Assembly (NCBI GenBank): GCA_002269645.1 | Contig: NIVC01002797.1 | Coordinates: 1 to 64,000, forward strand | Direction of reading: 5' to 3' | DNA: 64,000 nt | DNA from: Macrostomum lignano | Taxonomy: Eukaryota | Translations under genes and position numbers: made by a program | Notes under the pieces: generated by a model | Database searches by the model: none | Seen by the model: only the letters and a program-made list of their open reading frames with translations | Told to the model about the DNA's origin: nothing | Shown: positions 10,871 through 22,892 of the stretch, piece by piece | Numbering within the stretch: the first letter of the stretch is position 1 | Layout: the number at the start of each line of letters is the position of its first letter

Positions 10871-13257
10871 CCTACGTGCCCATGTACTTTCCTATAGTTC
10901 TCCTACGATAAGTCTTATGTTCCAGCGAAAAGAGAAAAAGGAACTCTCAAAATATGTCGCTGTGCGCAAACGAACGCTTCTTCCGTAGTTACAGAATACA
11001 ATTCATTTATTTATTTTCATACAGACAATAAGTCTCGCAATGTGCAGGTACAAACCAAAGTAGCGCGCGCAAGGATACATCTGTTGGAAAGTGAACAAGT
11101 GACAAATGGTATTGGGGCCACATTTTGACCGCATCTGACCGCAATCCGATCTTTTTTTACCGCATTTCAACCGTATTTGACCTCATCAATTTGACCGCAA
11201 AAAACGGTCGAGGTGAACGTTTTTGGCCCGTTTCTTGACCGAATCTGACCGCAATTCGACCGTTTTTGACCGTATTTCGAACGTAATTTGACCTCATCAA
11301 TTTGACCGCAAAAAACGGTCGAGGTGAACCGTTTTTTGGCATGGTACGCGAAATCCGGTCAACTGCGGTCGAAGTGCGGTCACAAAGCCTAATTATTTTT
11401 TGCCGGGTAAGCGTCTTAAAGATTAACCAAAGCTGCATATTAGCTGATAAAAATAAATTCCCAACTGTTGTGTTGTGGCGCAAACAGACAACGATTAATT
11501 ACTTGTGAGCAGTCGAAATTTGAATGATTCTAAGTAAATAAGTAAATGATTATAAGTAAATAAACTACGAGTATTTAAGGTCTGAGAACATCTAATTCAA
11601 TGACCAGGTTCCAACAGTAATTGGAGCCCCAGAAATTATCAAAAGCAGCAATTACTTCTCCACTTGCCTCCTCCGCCAGCCTCTGACGCTTGGAGTTCTT
11701 GTCTGGATTAATTATTTTATCTTTAAGGTAACCTGTTCCAAACCTTTGACGCAGAAAGTCCCGAGCAAAGTGTTTCGGGCTGGCAAATTAACCCGATCCG
11801 TGTTCAGGCCTTCAGTGTGGTTGGCTTCATTGAAGCCGAAGCTCTAGAAGAATAGGTAGGTTGGTATGCTCTAAAAAGGCATCATTGTCGATGGTATTCC
11901 ACTAGAACAAAGGCTTACTGACTTTCTTTTCTTGGAAGCTTGAGAAAGGCCTGATTTCCCAGGCTGAGATCCAAAAGTCTTCCGGCAGGCTGCAAGTTTC
12001 GCAATCTCCTTTTGAAAGCCAAAGGCACTAACAATGTCAACTGACTGTTTTACTCGTAATGGAGCACCCTGGCACTTAGTGGCTTGATGATTTCAGCTTC
12101 ACTGCTGCTAGAGCTACTACTTGAGCTAATATTTTAACTCTACGAGCTTGTATTGCAATCAGACTCCAATTCAAGACCTTTTACTCTCACTCTCAGAATC
12201 ACAATCAACTTTAGTCTTAATGTGATGAACCAAGGGAAGAATCCCAAGCGAAACTTCTTATTTCCTTGAGCGCTGCTGTCGCAGAGTCGGCTGAGATCAG
12301 GCTGATCGAGCGTACAATACACGATGGCCTCTTGCTAGGTGTATGACGCTGAGCTGATTGGGGTGGGAATCAGCATACGACACTCCTAATCCTGGCTCAG
12401 CTCTATGCAAGCAAATCCCGAAAAGACAGACAGTAGGAGTGCTCACGATTTGCTCGCTGAACAACCGGGGGCATTGTTGTTCGCTGAAGGGCAACGGCCC
12501 GGCCCGGTCGTCGGCTCGGATTCGGTGTAATAAAGGCGTCTCCTTTATTTATAATCGCAGCCCCAGGACACGTAGGCGCAACGGGGCAGCGTTGACCGAA
12601 AAGGGTCGAGCGCGAGGAAAGCAGGAGCCGTTGAGGCCTCATATAAATGTTCTAGGCAGGCCAGGGCAGGAATAAAAAGGGGGTTCTGTCAAACAGACGG
12701 ACTCGCAGCCAATCAGAGTGAGCCAACTGGCTAAGCCAGCGCCGCGGGATACATTGCAAAAGGGTCGGGGAGGGGTTGACAGTACTAAAATACAAGACGA
12801 GAGGGGGGAACACTGCCCAATCAGGCACCGGTCGGCTTACGCAGGCGCCAGAGGGGTGGGACACAAACACAATGGGCGCAAGGACCACTAAAGTAGGAAA
12901 GGACGCAAGACTCAGAATTGGTGAAAATATCATTGGATGCCGATTTTTCAATGTTTCTCCTGTGTACACTTTTGAACGTAAGATGCTTATTCTGTCGCAG
13001 AATAGGCATTAAAATATGCTCTTTGTATTAACACATCGATAAGTTGACAAATATTTTGAACTGTTAAAGTCTACTTCATTCAAAAGTACATCTAGTATCC
13101 ATCTAGAATTATTGATTTTATTATGTCAGAACTAACAAAACAAAACATGTCATAAGAGACCAAAAAGCAAGGTACTCGTAGTATAAAAAGGGGAAGGGGT
13201 AAAATAATATTGCCCCCACAGAGCGAAATATTGCAAAAATACAAAAAATCAATGTAC

Positions 13258-15070
13258 AGTAGAAACTTTCGGAGCCTGCGCGCATTAGAAGTAGACTGAG
13301 AAACCTTCGTTTCGCACAAGTCCTTTAAAAACATTCGATAGACGTCTGCATGGATATGCGAGCGACCAGGTCGGAACTGATTTGAATGGATTTGATTTGA
13401 ATGTCAATAAATGTTTCAAAAACTGAGCAAAAACGTCCAATCACACGATTCAAACGAGTTGAGTGCAGCGAATTGAAATACGAATAGTCGTAGCACAATA
13501 GAGCGAAAAAGCAACCATTGGGGAGGATTCACCAGCTTTCCTCGAGATAAGACTCGTAAATTCACTGCATGCCTTACTATCTACAGTGTGACGAAAATCA
13601 GCAGAATCAGATTGAGGGATATCTTCCTTGCGTGCAGTGTAGCCACATATATAATAAAGTGCAGCTCCTTCTGTCTCAGAAACAGCAGCTTCATCAACTG
13701 ACAAATGGTCAATGGCTGTGAGTTCAGCATCACTTAAGTCTTCCTCGCTACAACATGCAGATTGTGGTTGCTCTGGTATTTTGGCATCAAGCTAGGCATA
13801 CAACTCCATCCGAAACAATTTTGCAGTCAGGAAAACTTGCTCAACAGAGATAAAATAGCACCCTCCATGTCCTTGCCTATAGATTGAGAACTCGCCCTCA
13901 AGGGGGTCAGATTGGAAAGCACCTGGAAGTGGAAATACTAGCTTGGTTTTTTATGTATTTGCTATTCTATTCTTACCTAGAAAGACAAAGGTGAATAGCT
14001 GCTTGGATAGCAGGCATTTCGAAAGCTCCACAAGACCTCTCCAGATTTGAATGACAGCTTTCTGTGTCTCTGTTGTGAGAGAACGCTGCCGTGCGGGACC
14101 CCGCCCTCAGCCATCTGCTCCGTCATGGAAGCAAATTGAAGAAGATAGTTTAAAGCTATGCGAGGCATCTGACACAATTGGAGCTCGTCTGGGGTGATTC
14201 AGAGTCCGGCGATCTTACATTGACGATCTTCAAAATTCAACGACAGAATGGACAAATTCGGCAGTGTCGCTATTACCATTGATGCGCAGTGTTGCAACTG
14301 TTTTTTTCGTTGAGCACATTTAATACGATATAAACTTCCTGGCGTTCAGGAGGCACAGGATTGCATGCCACCGCTGTGAGGGTGGTAGAACGAACTACCA
14401 GTTGGTGAGACTGTTGCTCAATTTGAACAATGTGCTGCCATCTGGCACGGCGTAGAGGTTGCTCAGGTGTACAGCGAAAATCAATTTCTCCATGTCATTG
14501 TGTTAGCCAATTGTTGCGAATGTTTTTAAGCAACCGCATAGCAGAAACAATGAAGTGTAAAGGCAGATGGATTAATTGCCTTCCATGGTGACGCAGGTGA
14601 TGGGTTCAACAACTGGAAGCAATTACGGTTCGTAAAGTGGTCATCACAAACCAAGCTCAGGAAAATGCCACCACATACATGGATTATTGCAATAAGTCGC
14701 ACAAGTTGCTGGTGAAAAAAACGGGATTCAAGCTGTAGATTGGTATAAGACGAGCACCCGTGAGTGGTCTAACCATAATGGCCAAAACTGTACGTGCTAG
14801 CTTAGTTGAGTCATCTTCGGCATGCCCAACTATGTGACAGCCACGAAGTCGAGTGGAAGATAGAACATAAACCTCATCAAAATTGATGGAGCAGAGCTTC
14901 TGTGATGTGGACACCACTCTAAATTGTGCTTGCACTAATCTCCGATAGTCCATATCGTTTCCAAAAGGGCCCCAACTGCCAAGATAGCACCTTAATGTAG
15001 CAGCGTGTGGTAGTGTGGTAGTCAGTAGGTCCTTCAGTGCGCGATATCCATTTCTGCGAGCTAAGTACGG
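13258..15070 (-). mobile_element. Degenerate P-element-superfamily transposase
   Basis: In the expected order: GYRALKDLLTTTLPHAATLR, CSINFDEVY...IVG...ARTVLAIMVRPL, LKNIRNNWL, FQSDPLEGEFSIYRQGHGGCYFISVEQV, ALYYICGYTARK and terminal RRLRKF. Many frameshifts; no THAP domain or TIRs found. Confidence 0.75.
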
Positions 15071-16233
15071 TCTTTCAGTCGTTAAAATGTCATTTGATGT
15101 CTATCGCTCACTATGTTAAAGTCATTTGCAACTGGCGAAGTATGAACTGTTGCCTCTATCTTCGCCTTCGGATTGTTATTAAATGAATATATCCTTTAAA
15201 GTAGATCTGTTAGATTATGGATAAATTGTTTAAATTACCAAAGAAGAGACATTAACATTTTGTTTGAAATATTCTTCTTGAGGACATTATGTTATATATA
15301 ACTACATAAGGGTCTATTAGCTAGACCGATGTGGACAAGCGTGGTACCTCGCGGGTAGGCTACTGGTTTCTATTGCTAAGGATTTTACTAGTGGATTTAC
15401 TTCCTACTGGTTTGAGACTTTTGGTAGTTCGCTGCCACCAGGTTCCTGCTGTTCCCTAATTCTAGCTTTAGGTTTAAGAACGCAGTCAGGACACCGATAA
15501 AGTTAGTTAACACAAGTTTAATAAAAGAAGTAAATTAATTGTTACGGTACAAAAGTTGGTTTGCTTTTACATTAACTCCCTATTTTAAGTTTCCCCGTTT
15601 ATTTCCCCGTTCCCCGGGCAAGACTCCCAGTTATAGATTTGTTGTTGTTGTTGTTAAAACGAGGTGCCGTCGAAACCGGCGCGGGTCAGTTCCGAAGAAC
15701 TCTGCCGCAGTTATATTTTGTATTTGATCGAAAGAATTAAAAATATTTACAAGATTTCGATTTGAATATTTATACGAATATTGAAATAAAAATATACATA
15801 TATAAAACTATTTTTCAATAGTTTGCAGTATTTTGCACGCATTTGGGGATAAAAAAGAGGGGAGGGAAATCCCACACAAAGAAGGGATCTAAAAAAACAG
15901 GACATCTAAAAAATACGTGCTAGGTATTTGAAGGCCTATTGAGAATAAAAGCAAGACATTTAAGTAAAAAATAGAGATTAAAAATGCAATAGCGCATATT
16001 TGAATTTAGCAGTAAAGGTGTAAAATATAGCGATTATGAATATTTGTAAAAAACAGTAGGATAAAAACACAGTTTGAGCAGTATAAAAAAACGAGCGCAG
16101 GGAGACTAGAGATTACCTAATCAGTCCTAGTGTCTGATCAGATCAGCCGATCTCTGTCTCAGGCAGCAAGTTTAGTTTTATTAATTGCGTTTCAGAGCGT
16201 AGTCACTTCCGGTTTGGGAGGCTGGTGGCCAGC

Positions 16234-16860
16234 CTAACGCTGGAGTGGGATTCCCCTGTTTCTTTCCCGACGCCTCATGGCATCCCAGAGGACATTGAGG
16301 ACGGGGGTTCGGCCCGGAGCCCGAGGGGCATCCGGCTCAATGTGGAAGCTGTGGAGCTTGGCTGCCCTCATCTTGAGCAGCCAAGCCACCCCCAGCTGCT
16401 TGACCCTGTCTGCGAGCATCGGCATACCTGCCAGCTTGTGCAGGTATTCGATGCTGATGTAGGATGGCACACCATAGCAGATACGGAGAGCCAGGTTTTG
16501 AATTTTTTGCAATTTGATTTGGTTAGTCGCACAAATTTGGCTCAGGATTGGCGCTCCGTAGGTGAGAGCGCTTTCTCCGTATGCCCTGTACAGCATTCTG
16601 AGGGTGGTGCTACTCAGCTTTGTCATTTTTGCAATTCTGCACAGTGACATTACAATGGCTCTGCTAGTATCTGCCATGTTGTCCACATGTTTGTTCAGGC
16701 AGAGGCTCTGGTCAAGGAGGACACCCAGGAATTTCACCTCCTGACAGTACGGAACTTCAGTGTCCCCCAGATACAGTTTGGGTCGCAAGTCCATGCGCCT
16801 AGTGGGTTTGTAGTTGAAAGCGATTGTTAAACGAGTGGTACGAATGTAGCGCACCTCGGA
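16234..16860 (-). mobile_element. 5'-truncated non-LTR retrotransposon (I/Jockey-like), C-terminal RT region
   Basis: LYLGDTEVPYCQEVKFLGVLLDQSL (thumb, K[FY]LG), LYRAYGESALTYG, KLQKIQNLALRICYG, LHKLAGMPML. Confidence 0.85.
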
Positions 16861-17492
16861 AGTTAATTGTCGGAGGACGGGAGAAGATGCTTTCCCAAGA
16901 GCCCAACTGCTCTGTAGTTCTAGAGAAACCCCAAAACTAGCGATTTACCCCCGCTCTAATTATTTTCCCGGGTTAAAACTACTGATAGTAGGCAAAAAGC
17001 ATATTTGAACCCACAATAATTCCCGTTCCTAAAATAATGCCCTACTACAGATGGCTATCGTATAATTACATTGCAGTCAAATGGCACAAAAACAGCACTA
17101 GCTACTAAATAAATAAAATCAAGGTAAATATACTGTTCTAGTATATTTCGTAAGAAATAATATAAGATCTGCACAAGTAGTAGCTATTAAAATATACTAA
17201 ATAGGTCCAACAGTGTCAAAATCGCGGAATAAGCAAAATATTGAATATATTCTTATATATTATTTTATAGAGGTTAGGCAAAACACTTCAAGGGCATGCT
17301 GAGGGAGGCGCATTCAGCACATTAACTATTGTTACCCTTGCCACGGACTTTTTGCCTCCGTGCTAATTAAAGTTGATGCAGCTTGCTTAGAAGAGGCAGG
17401 CTACTTTTCTTTAATAAAATTGAAAAACAAGGCCAAGCCAAGGGTGGCGGCCCATTCTAAGAATCTAGGATGATGGTGCCTCATTCTTGAAA

Positions 17493-17535
17493 CAACTGAG
17501 GATCTGGGAGACTGGCCCAGCAACTGAGAATCTGG
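17493..17535. repeat. Remnant (1-2 units) of the 28/30-bp AACTGAGGATCTGGG minisatellite family
   Basis: AACTGAGGATCTGGGAGACTGGCCCAGCAACTGAGAATCTGG matches the units at 23345-23590. Confidence 0.7.
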
Positions 17536-17583
17536 ATTAGCCCATAGTCAGGCATACATCGCACACTTCTCTCTCCTAATCAG

Positions 17584-17982
17584 ACTCGGTCCTGCAGGCC
17601 AAAGAAGACGAGCGACCCCTGGTGTTTCTGCTGTACCGCTCCGAGAAGGACTCCGAGCCGGAGGCGCGCATCGAACTCGGCGCCATCGTACGCGGCCTTC
17701 TGGCCCAGCAGTTGCTGCTGCAGACAGTCGGCGAGCTGTCCGGCCAGGCCAAGCCCGTGTCCGCGGCCGACTATGTGCAGGGCTCGCACGCGATGCAGCT
17801 GGCGGCTGCACTGCTGGAGTGCTACAATCTCAGCAGCCAGTTCGACCAGCGGCCCGGTCTGAAGTTTCTGCTACAGAAGGCCTGCAGAGTGCGGGTGGCC
17901 GCTAATCTCTATAAGCAGGCCGGATTAGCTGTGGGGTACCTGGCTGGCTTGCTCATCCCTTTGGCTGTGCGGCACTCGCTTG
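17584..17982 (+). CDS. ARFGEF3: ARFGEF3/BIG3-like exon
   Basis: Acceptor ctaatcAG at 17582-17583, phase 1. GLLAQQLLLQ and FDQRPGLKFLLQKACRVRVAANLYKQA resemble BIG3 SLLSHQVLLQ and FDTSPGLKCLLKKVSGIGGAANLYRQS. Donor G|GTAGGT at 17983. Confidence 0.92.
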
Positions 17983-18049
17983 GTAGGTTAAATTGCTCAT
18001 GCGTGCTCCATAAGATTACCGCCCGAAATTGCTTGTATGAGTCACCCCT

Positions 18050-18862
18050 GACCTGCTGCTGACCCCATGAGTCTGACCTGCTGCTGACCCCATGAGTCTG
18101 ACCTGCTGCTGACCCCATGAGTCTGACCTGCTGCTGACCCCATAAATCTGACCTGCTAACCCCATAAATCTGACCTGCTGCTGACCCTATGAATCTGACC
18201 TGCTGCTGACCCTATGAGTCTGACCTGCTGCTGACCCTATCAATCTGACCTGCTGCTGACCCCATGAATCTGACCTGCTGCTGACCCCATCAATCTGACC
18301 TGCTGCTGACCCCATGAATCTGACCTGCTAACCCCATAAATCTGACCTGCTGCTGACCCTATGAATCTGACCTGCTGCTGACCCTATGAGTCTGACCTGC
18401 TGCTGACCCTATCAATCTGACCTGCTGCTGACCCCATGAATCTGACCTGCTGCTGACCCCATCAATCTGACCTGCTGCTGACCCCATGAATCTGACCTGC
18501 TGCTGACCCCATGAATCTGACCTGCTAACCCCATAAATCTGACCTACTGCTGACCCCATGAATCTGACCTGCTGACCCCATCAATCTGACCTACTGCTGA
18601 CCCCATCAATCTGACCGACCTGCTGCTGACCCCATGAATCTGACCTGTTGCTGACCCCATTAATCTAACCTGCTGCTGACCCCATGAATCTGACCGACCT
18701 GCTGACCCCATGAATCTGACCTGCTGCTGACCCCATAAATCTGACCTGCTAACCCCATAAATCTGACCTACTGCTGACCCCATGAATCTGACCGACCTGC
18801 TGCTGACCCCATGAATCTGACCTGCTGCTGACCCCATCAATCTGATCTGCTGCTGACCCCAT
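18050..18862. repeat. 25-bp intronic minisatellite (CCCCATGAATCTGACCTGCTGCTGA), ~32 copies
   Basis: Direct tandem repeat filling most of the intron. Confidence 0.95.
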
Positions 18863-18882
18863 TAATCGCCCCTGACCCGCAG

Positions 18883-19427
18883 GCCGGTCGGACTTTGCCG
18901 CTCTGCCCAGCTCAGCCCTGGAGGCCAGCCCTTTCATGCGCCTGCCGCCGGGCTCTGATTGGCTGGGCAAGCCGGAGATCGCCTACCTGATTGGCCACGC
19001 CATGTCCGTGCTGACCCACACCTACCTGGACCTTCTGGCCAGCCGCGACTGCCTGCAGGCCGCCGACCGGCTGTCCGAGCGGCCGCTGCTCTTCCTGCTG
19101 GTTGCCCAGCCTGACGATGTCGCCTCGGCCATCGCCAGCGGCACGTCGGCCAGCTTGGACGGCGGCGTCGCGACGACGTCCGGGGAAGCAGCAGAATCTC
19201 CGGCCTCTTCCACTGCGGATGCACAGCAGCAGCAGCAGCAGCAGGTGTACAGCCTGGCTGGTGACAAAGCCATCGGCAAGCTCATGGCCGAGTACAAGCG
19301 GCGCAAGCTGGCGCACAGTCTGCCTCAGCAGTCGCGTCATCATATTGGCCACGCTGCGCCGTCTGCAGCTGCTGCTGGCGCCGGCGGGTCCAGCGGCTAC
19401 TCCGCCGAGAGTCAGCAGCATCAGCAG
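18883..19427 (+). CDS. ARFGEF3: ARFGEF3/BIG3-like exon
   Basis: Acceptor cgcAG at 18881-18882, phase 1. VYSLAGDKAIGKLMAEYKRRK resembles BIG3 VYTMAADKTISKLMTEYKKRK. Donor CAG|GTGGGG at 19428. Confidence 0.92.
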
Positions 19428-19810
19428 GTGGGGAGTGTGTGGTAGACAGGGACCGGGAGTGTGGTAGAAAGGGACCTGCGTGTGTGGTAGACAGGGATCT
19501 GGGAGTGTGTGGTAGACAGTGACCTGGGAGTGTGTGGTAGAAAGGGATCTGGGAGTGTGGTAAACAAGGATCTGAGTGTGTAGTAGACAGGAATCTGGGA
19601 GTGTGGTAAACAAGGATCTGAGTGTGTAGTAGACAGGAATCTGGGAGTGTGTGGTAGAAAGGGATTTGGGAGTGTGGTAGACAGGGATCTGGGAGTGTGT
19701 GGTAGACAGGGACCTGGGAGTGTGTGGTAGACAGGGATCTGGGAATGTGTGGTAGACAGGGATCTGGGAGTGTGTAGTAGACAGGGATCTGGGAGTGTGT
19801 GGTGGACAAG
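19428..19810. repeat. 25/23-bp intronic minisatellite (TGGGAGTGTGTGGTAGACAGGGATC)
   Basis: Tandem repeat beginning at the splice donor; same family as 24600-25045. Confidence 0.95.
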
Positions 19811-19868
19811 AACTGAAACTTCGAGCTTGTGAACGCGACACAACCGTGACCCTTGCTGCTCCGGCCAG

Positions 19869-20147
19869 GTGCACGCCGAGCAGGCCGTCTCCCTGCTGCG
19901 TGACTCGGACGCCCGGCTGGCCAGCCTGGCCGGCATGATCGCCCAGCTGCTGCGCCCCATCCTGGACCTGCCGGACTCGGCATTCGCCGCCTGCCTGCCG
20001 GCGGTGTCCAGCCAGCTCGGCCTGCTGGTGGCCGGCGCCGAGGACCGGCGGCTCCGCGACCTGCTTGGCCGGTTCAGCGGCCGGCTGGCCGGCTGCTTCG
20101 GCTTCCTGCCTGACTGTCTGGCGGAGGACCTGGCCGAGGATAACTAA
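19869..20147 (+). CDS. ARFGEF3: ARFGEF3/BIG3-like terminal exon
   Basis: Acceptor ccAG at 19867-19868, phase 0. ILDLPDSAFAACLPAVSSQLGLLV...DRRLRDLL resembles the BIG3 C-terminus (IQILPDQTFTALQPAVF...DIRVRQAV). TAA at 20145-20147. Confidence 0.92.
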   Translation: MHAEQAVSLLRDSDARLASLAGMIAQLLRPILDLPDSAFAACLPAVSSQLGLLVAGAEDRRLRDLLGRFSGRLAGCFGFLPDCLAEDLAEDN

Positions 20148-20682
20148 ATAACTGGCCAGAGGGGCTCAAGGATTTTTATCTACAATTTAAACTGGATTGG
20201 CAAGCCTCGCATATCTGTAATTATAACTACAGAGATTCCGCCAAGACGTTTCATGTTTCATCTAAGTCCCTCCGGCTCTCAAGGGACTAGCTCGTAAAGG
20301 GGTAAAATGAGGGTTTCATGTCAATTTAATGCTCTCGAATGGAACTAATGATAGCAATATTCACACGACGGTTGTGAGCACACTCCTTCGGTGACATGGT
20401 CCCACAGCCCATGGTCCCATGGTGTACCAGGGTGTACAACGGCCCGACTTTCTAATCGTCAGGCATGTACACTCCCTGTACCTTTAGGGTTGGCTCAACA
20501 GGTGTGAATCCCACGACAACCCACAGGCTAATTTTCGTGAATTTGAAGTCCACTGTTCCTGAAGTTATCGATATTGCAACCGATATGTATAGTAAGCCAT
20601 TAAAAGCACTTCGGAGTGAAAATTAACAAAATATTCGGCAGGATCGCGAGTCTAACTATCTGGGCCATTTAACGCATGTAAG

Positions 20683-20896
20683 CTACTTTCAGTTCAGTAG
20701 AAAGTTAAGCATTTTAAGCTTTTTCCAAGCCTCTTTCCCGGACCTGCCGTCCAATTTTTATTGCCTTCCTCGGGAGTTCCGGAATCTCAGCGGCGCTGAC
20801 TAATGTACACTAACGGCATCCATCACTCCAGCTCCAATTGGCTTTCTTTTCATGAAATAGCTTACGCATGCTTCCTTGCTACTGAACTGAAAGTAG
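20683..20896. mobile_element. Small MITE-like element, 18-bp perfect inverted repeats
   Basis: CTACTTTCAGTTCAGTAG (20683-20700) and its reverse complement (20879-20896); AG flanks both ends, or TA could be the TSD. Superfamily unresolved. Confidence 0.5.
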
Positions 20897-22892
20897 AGTA
20901 GCTGTCATGCCGAGCTTTTTTCTCAAAGCGCAGATCTCTAGTCACAAAGTAATTTTATTTTTAGTCAGCCAGGCAAAGCCAGCTTAATTGATAATTTTGA
21001 TAATTATTATGCAGCTTTTCTTTTGTCTCCTTGTGCGTCCTGTGTGCAGCATTTGTTGTGCAACAAAGACCTACTGTTGTTATAATGATTAATCTTATTA
21101 TTATCAAGTCAAATCTTGCATTATTTTCATCTCTCTCTCACTAATCTATACGCTCGTATTGGTGTTGGCTACTTTTGTTGGATATTTTGGTAATTTAATC
21201 AGACAAAATTGATTGTGTACCATCAAGCAGAGTTTAATATCAAATTCAACATAATAATCATGATATTGATTTACTATGACTGTTAGTGATTTTGTCTTGT
21301 TTATTCCAATTTAAATCCAAATGCATTTTTGGTTCCGCATGTTGTCCGCGTCCGCGTGTCCAATGGCTTCTTTCTCCGCTAGGTTAGTTGTTTTTCCTTT
21401 GTTTTCCATTTTAACTCTTAGATTTGACGAGTAAGATATTATATTCCTGTTATTGATATAAAGTGAGCCACCTTGTATTTTCATCAGCAATTATATTAAT
21501 TTATTGGTGTTTCGGTGTTTTCTGTCTTCTTTTCCGTGCAAGCAAGTTTTGAGCAGATTTCTCAGCCATAATCAAGAATATTGTGTCTCGTGTCTGTTAT
21601 AAATATAATGCATTATATACGCAGCCTCCCTCGCGCCTTGCGGGAAAGAGATGTGCATATTAGCTAATATTGAAATGTCGGCTTAATGTAGATGCTAATT
21701 GAAACCATACTTCAATGTATATATGTGATATACTATTAATAATTCATAACTTATATATATATATATATATTTGCTTTATACCCCAGGACAGCAATAGCCT
21801 ATACAAAAGCAAAAGGAAATGTGCGAAACGGGGACGCTAAGCAAGCCAGATATTAACAAATTTTAAGCGAAAAACAAATAATAACAAAAAGATGGCCTGG
21901 AAGGCAAAACGAGGCGGAGGGTCAGGCAGCGAAATAATATACAAAGCTGTTACTGTGCAGTGCAGTAGTAAACTACTCGCAGTAGTGCGCAAAGGACATG
22001 GACACGCGATGATTGGAGCATTGGAGGTGTTAATTTTACTGTTAATACGGCAGCACCGCCTAACCTGAAAGCTGGGTGAGAAAGCTCAGTTATTTTGCTA
22101 TTAAATAAGCATTCACTAGTCACATAAAAAACAGTACATGATGTATATATATTATCTAATACATTCGATTAAATCCTGTATATATTTAAAAGTACATTTG
22201 TGCAATCACTGCTTAAAATGGGTCGCTTATTCGCCAAGTGCCAGAAGCATGCAGAAGTGCAATGCTCAGAAATTTGATTGAGTTAATTTAACATTCATTC
22301 CCTCACACCGGACATAAAGTGCCACCAGCCAACAGCGGTGCAATTGTTGGGGAAATTGCATTCAAAACATTTAGCTAGAAATGTATGTTCAACTTCTAAA
22401 AAACAAGCCAAACAATTGGCGGTTTAAAAAGACAAACAAGCAACATTGCAGAAAGACGATAACTATACAGAATCCAAAAACTGCTACTAATAGTATTATT
22501 AGTAATCAAATAAAATTAACAATAACAAGCCGAAGAGAATTGCAAATCAGAAATTTCATGTTATCTTCATGTATCAGTCAGTTATGTGTGAGTGTCTAAA
22601 TAACAGCGATAATGACAGTCAAGACAAGAGACAGAAAAGTCAGTAAGAGAAAAAAAGCAGAAATTCTGGGCAGTAGCAGTAGCAGCAGCATACCAAAGAG
22701 ATTCTTTGCTGAGCTAAAATTGCATGTGTCAACTGTTAAAAAATATAATAAAAATGCGCCAAATTTAAACAAAAAGTAAAAGATATTATTTGCACATTAT
22801 ATGAAAAAACCTGCACTGTTCTTCTACTTAAAGTAGCAACGACATTTTAAATGTTTTAAAATAAAATTTATTAATTTGAATTTAAATGTTGC

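Larger units (their letters stand above)
4588..11407 (-). mobile_element. CACTA/EnSpm (CMC superfamily) DNA transposon, 6820 bp, carrying F-box/LRR-transposase and ORF2
   Basis: Perfect 14-bp TIRs CCCGGCAAAAAATA (4588-4601; reverse complement at 11394-11407), flanked by TA on both sides (4586-4587, 11408-11409). Multiple TTTGACCGCA subterminal repeats at 4610-4790 and 11120-11385. EnSpm-type transposase motifs inside. Confidence 0.9.

Noticed and set aside
4588-11407. Reading the F-box/LRR region as an ordinary host FBXL gene nested in the BIG3 intron
   Set aside because: It lies inside the TIR and subterminal-repeat boundaries and shares a reading frame with transposase motifs. This remains the main alternative if other copies lack it.
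12980-13015. Hairpin TATTCTG-TCG-CAGAATA as a TIR of the P-like element
   Set aside because: No matching inverted partner or 7-8-bp TSD was found on the other side.
15655-15712. Hammerhead-ribozyme-like scaffold (GAAAC-stem-GTC-AGTTC/GAACT hairpin), as found in Penelope-like elements
   Set aside because: The essential CTGANGA core reads CTGCCGC and stem III is imperfect; no Penelope RT or GIY-YIG sequence is nearby.
20380-20530. GC-richer island in the BIG3-JNK intergenic region, considered as an snRNA or spliced-leader RNA
   Set aside because: No recognisable snRNA, Sm-site/SL or 5S motif; no supportable call.
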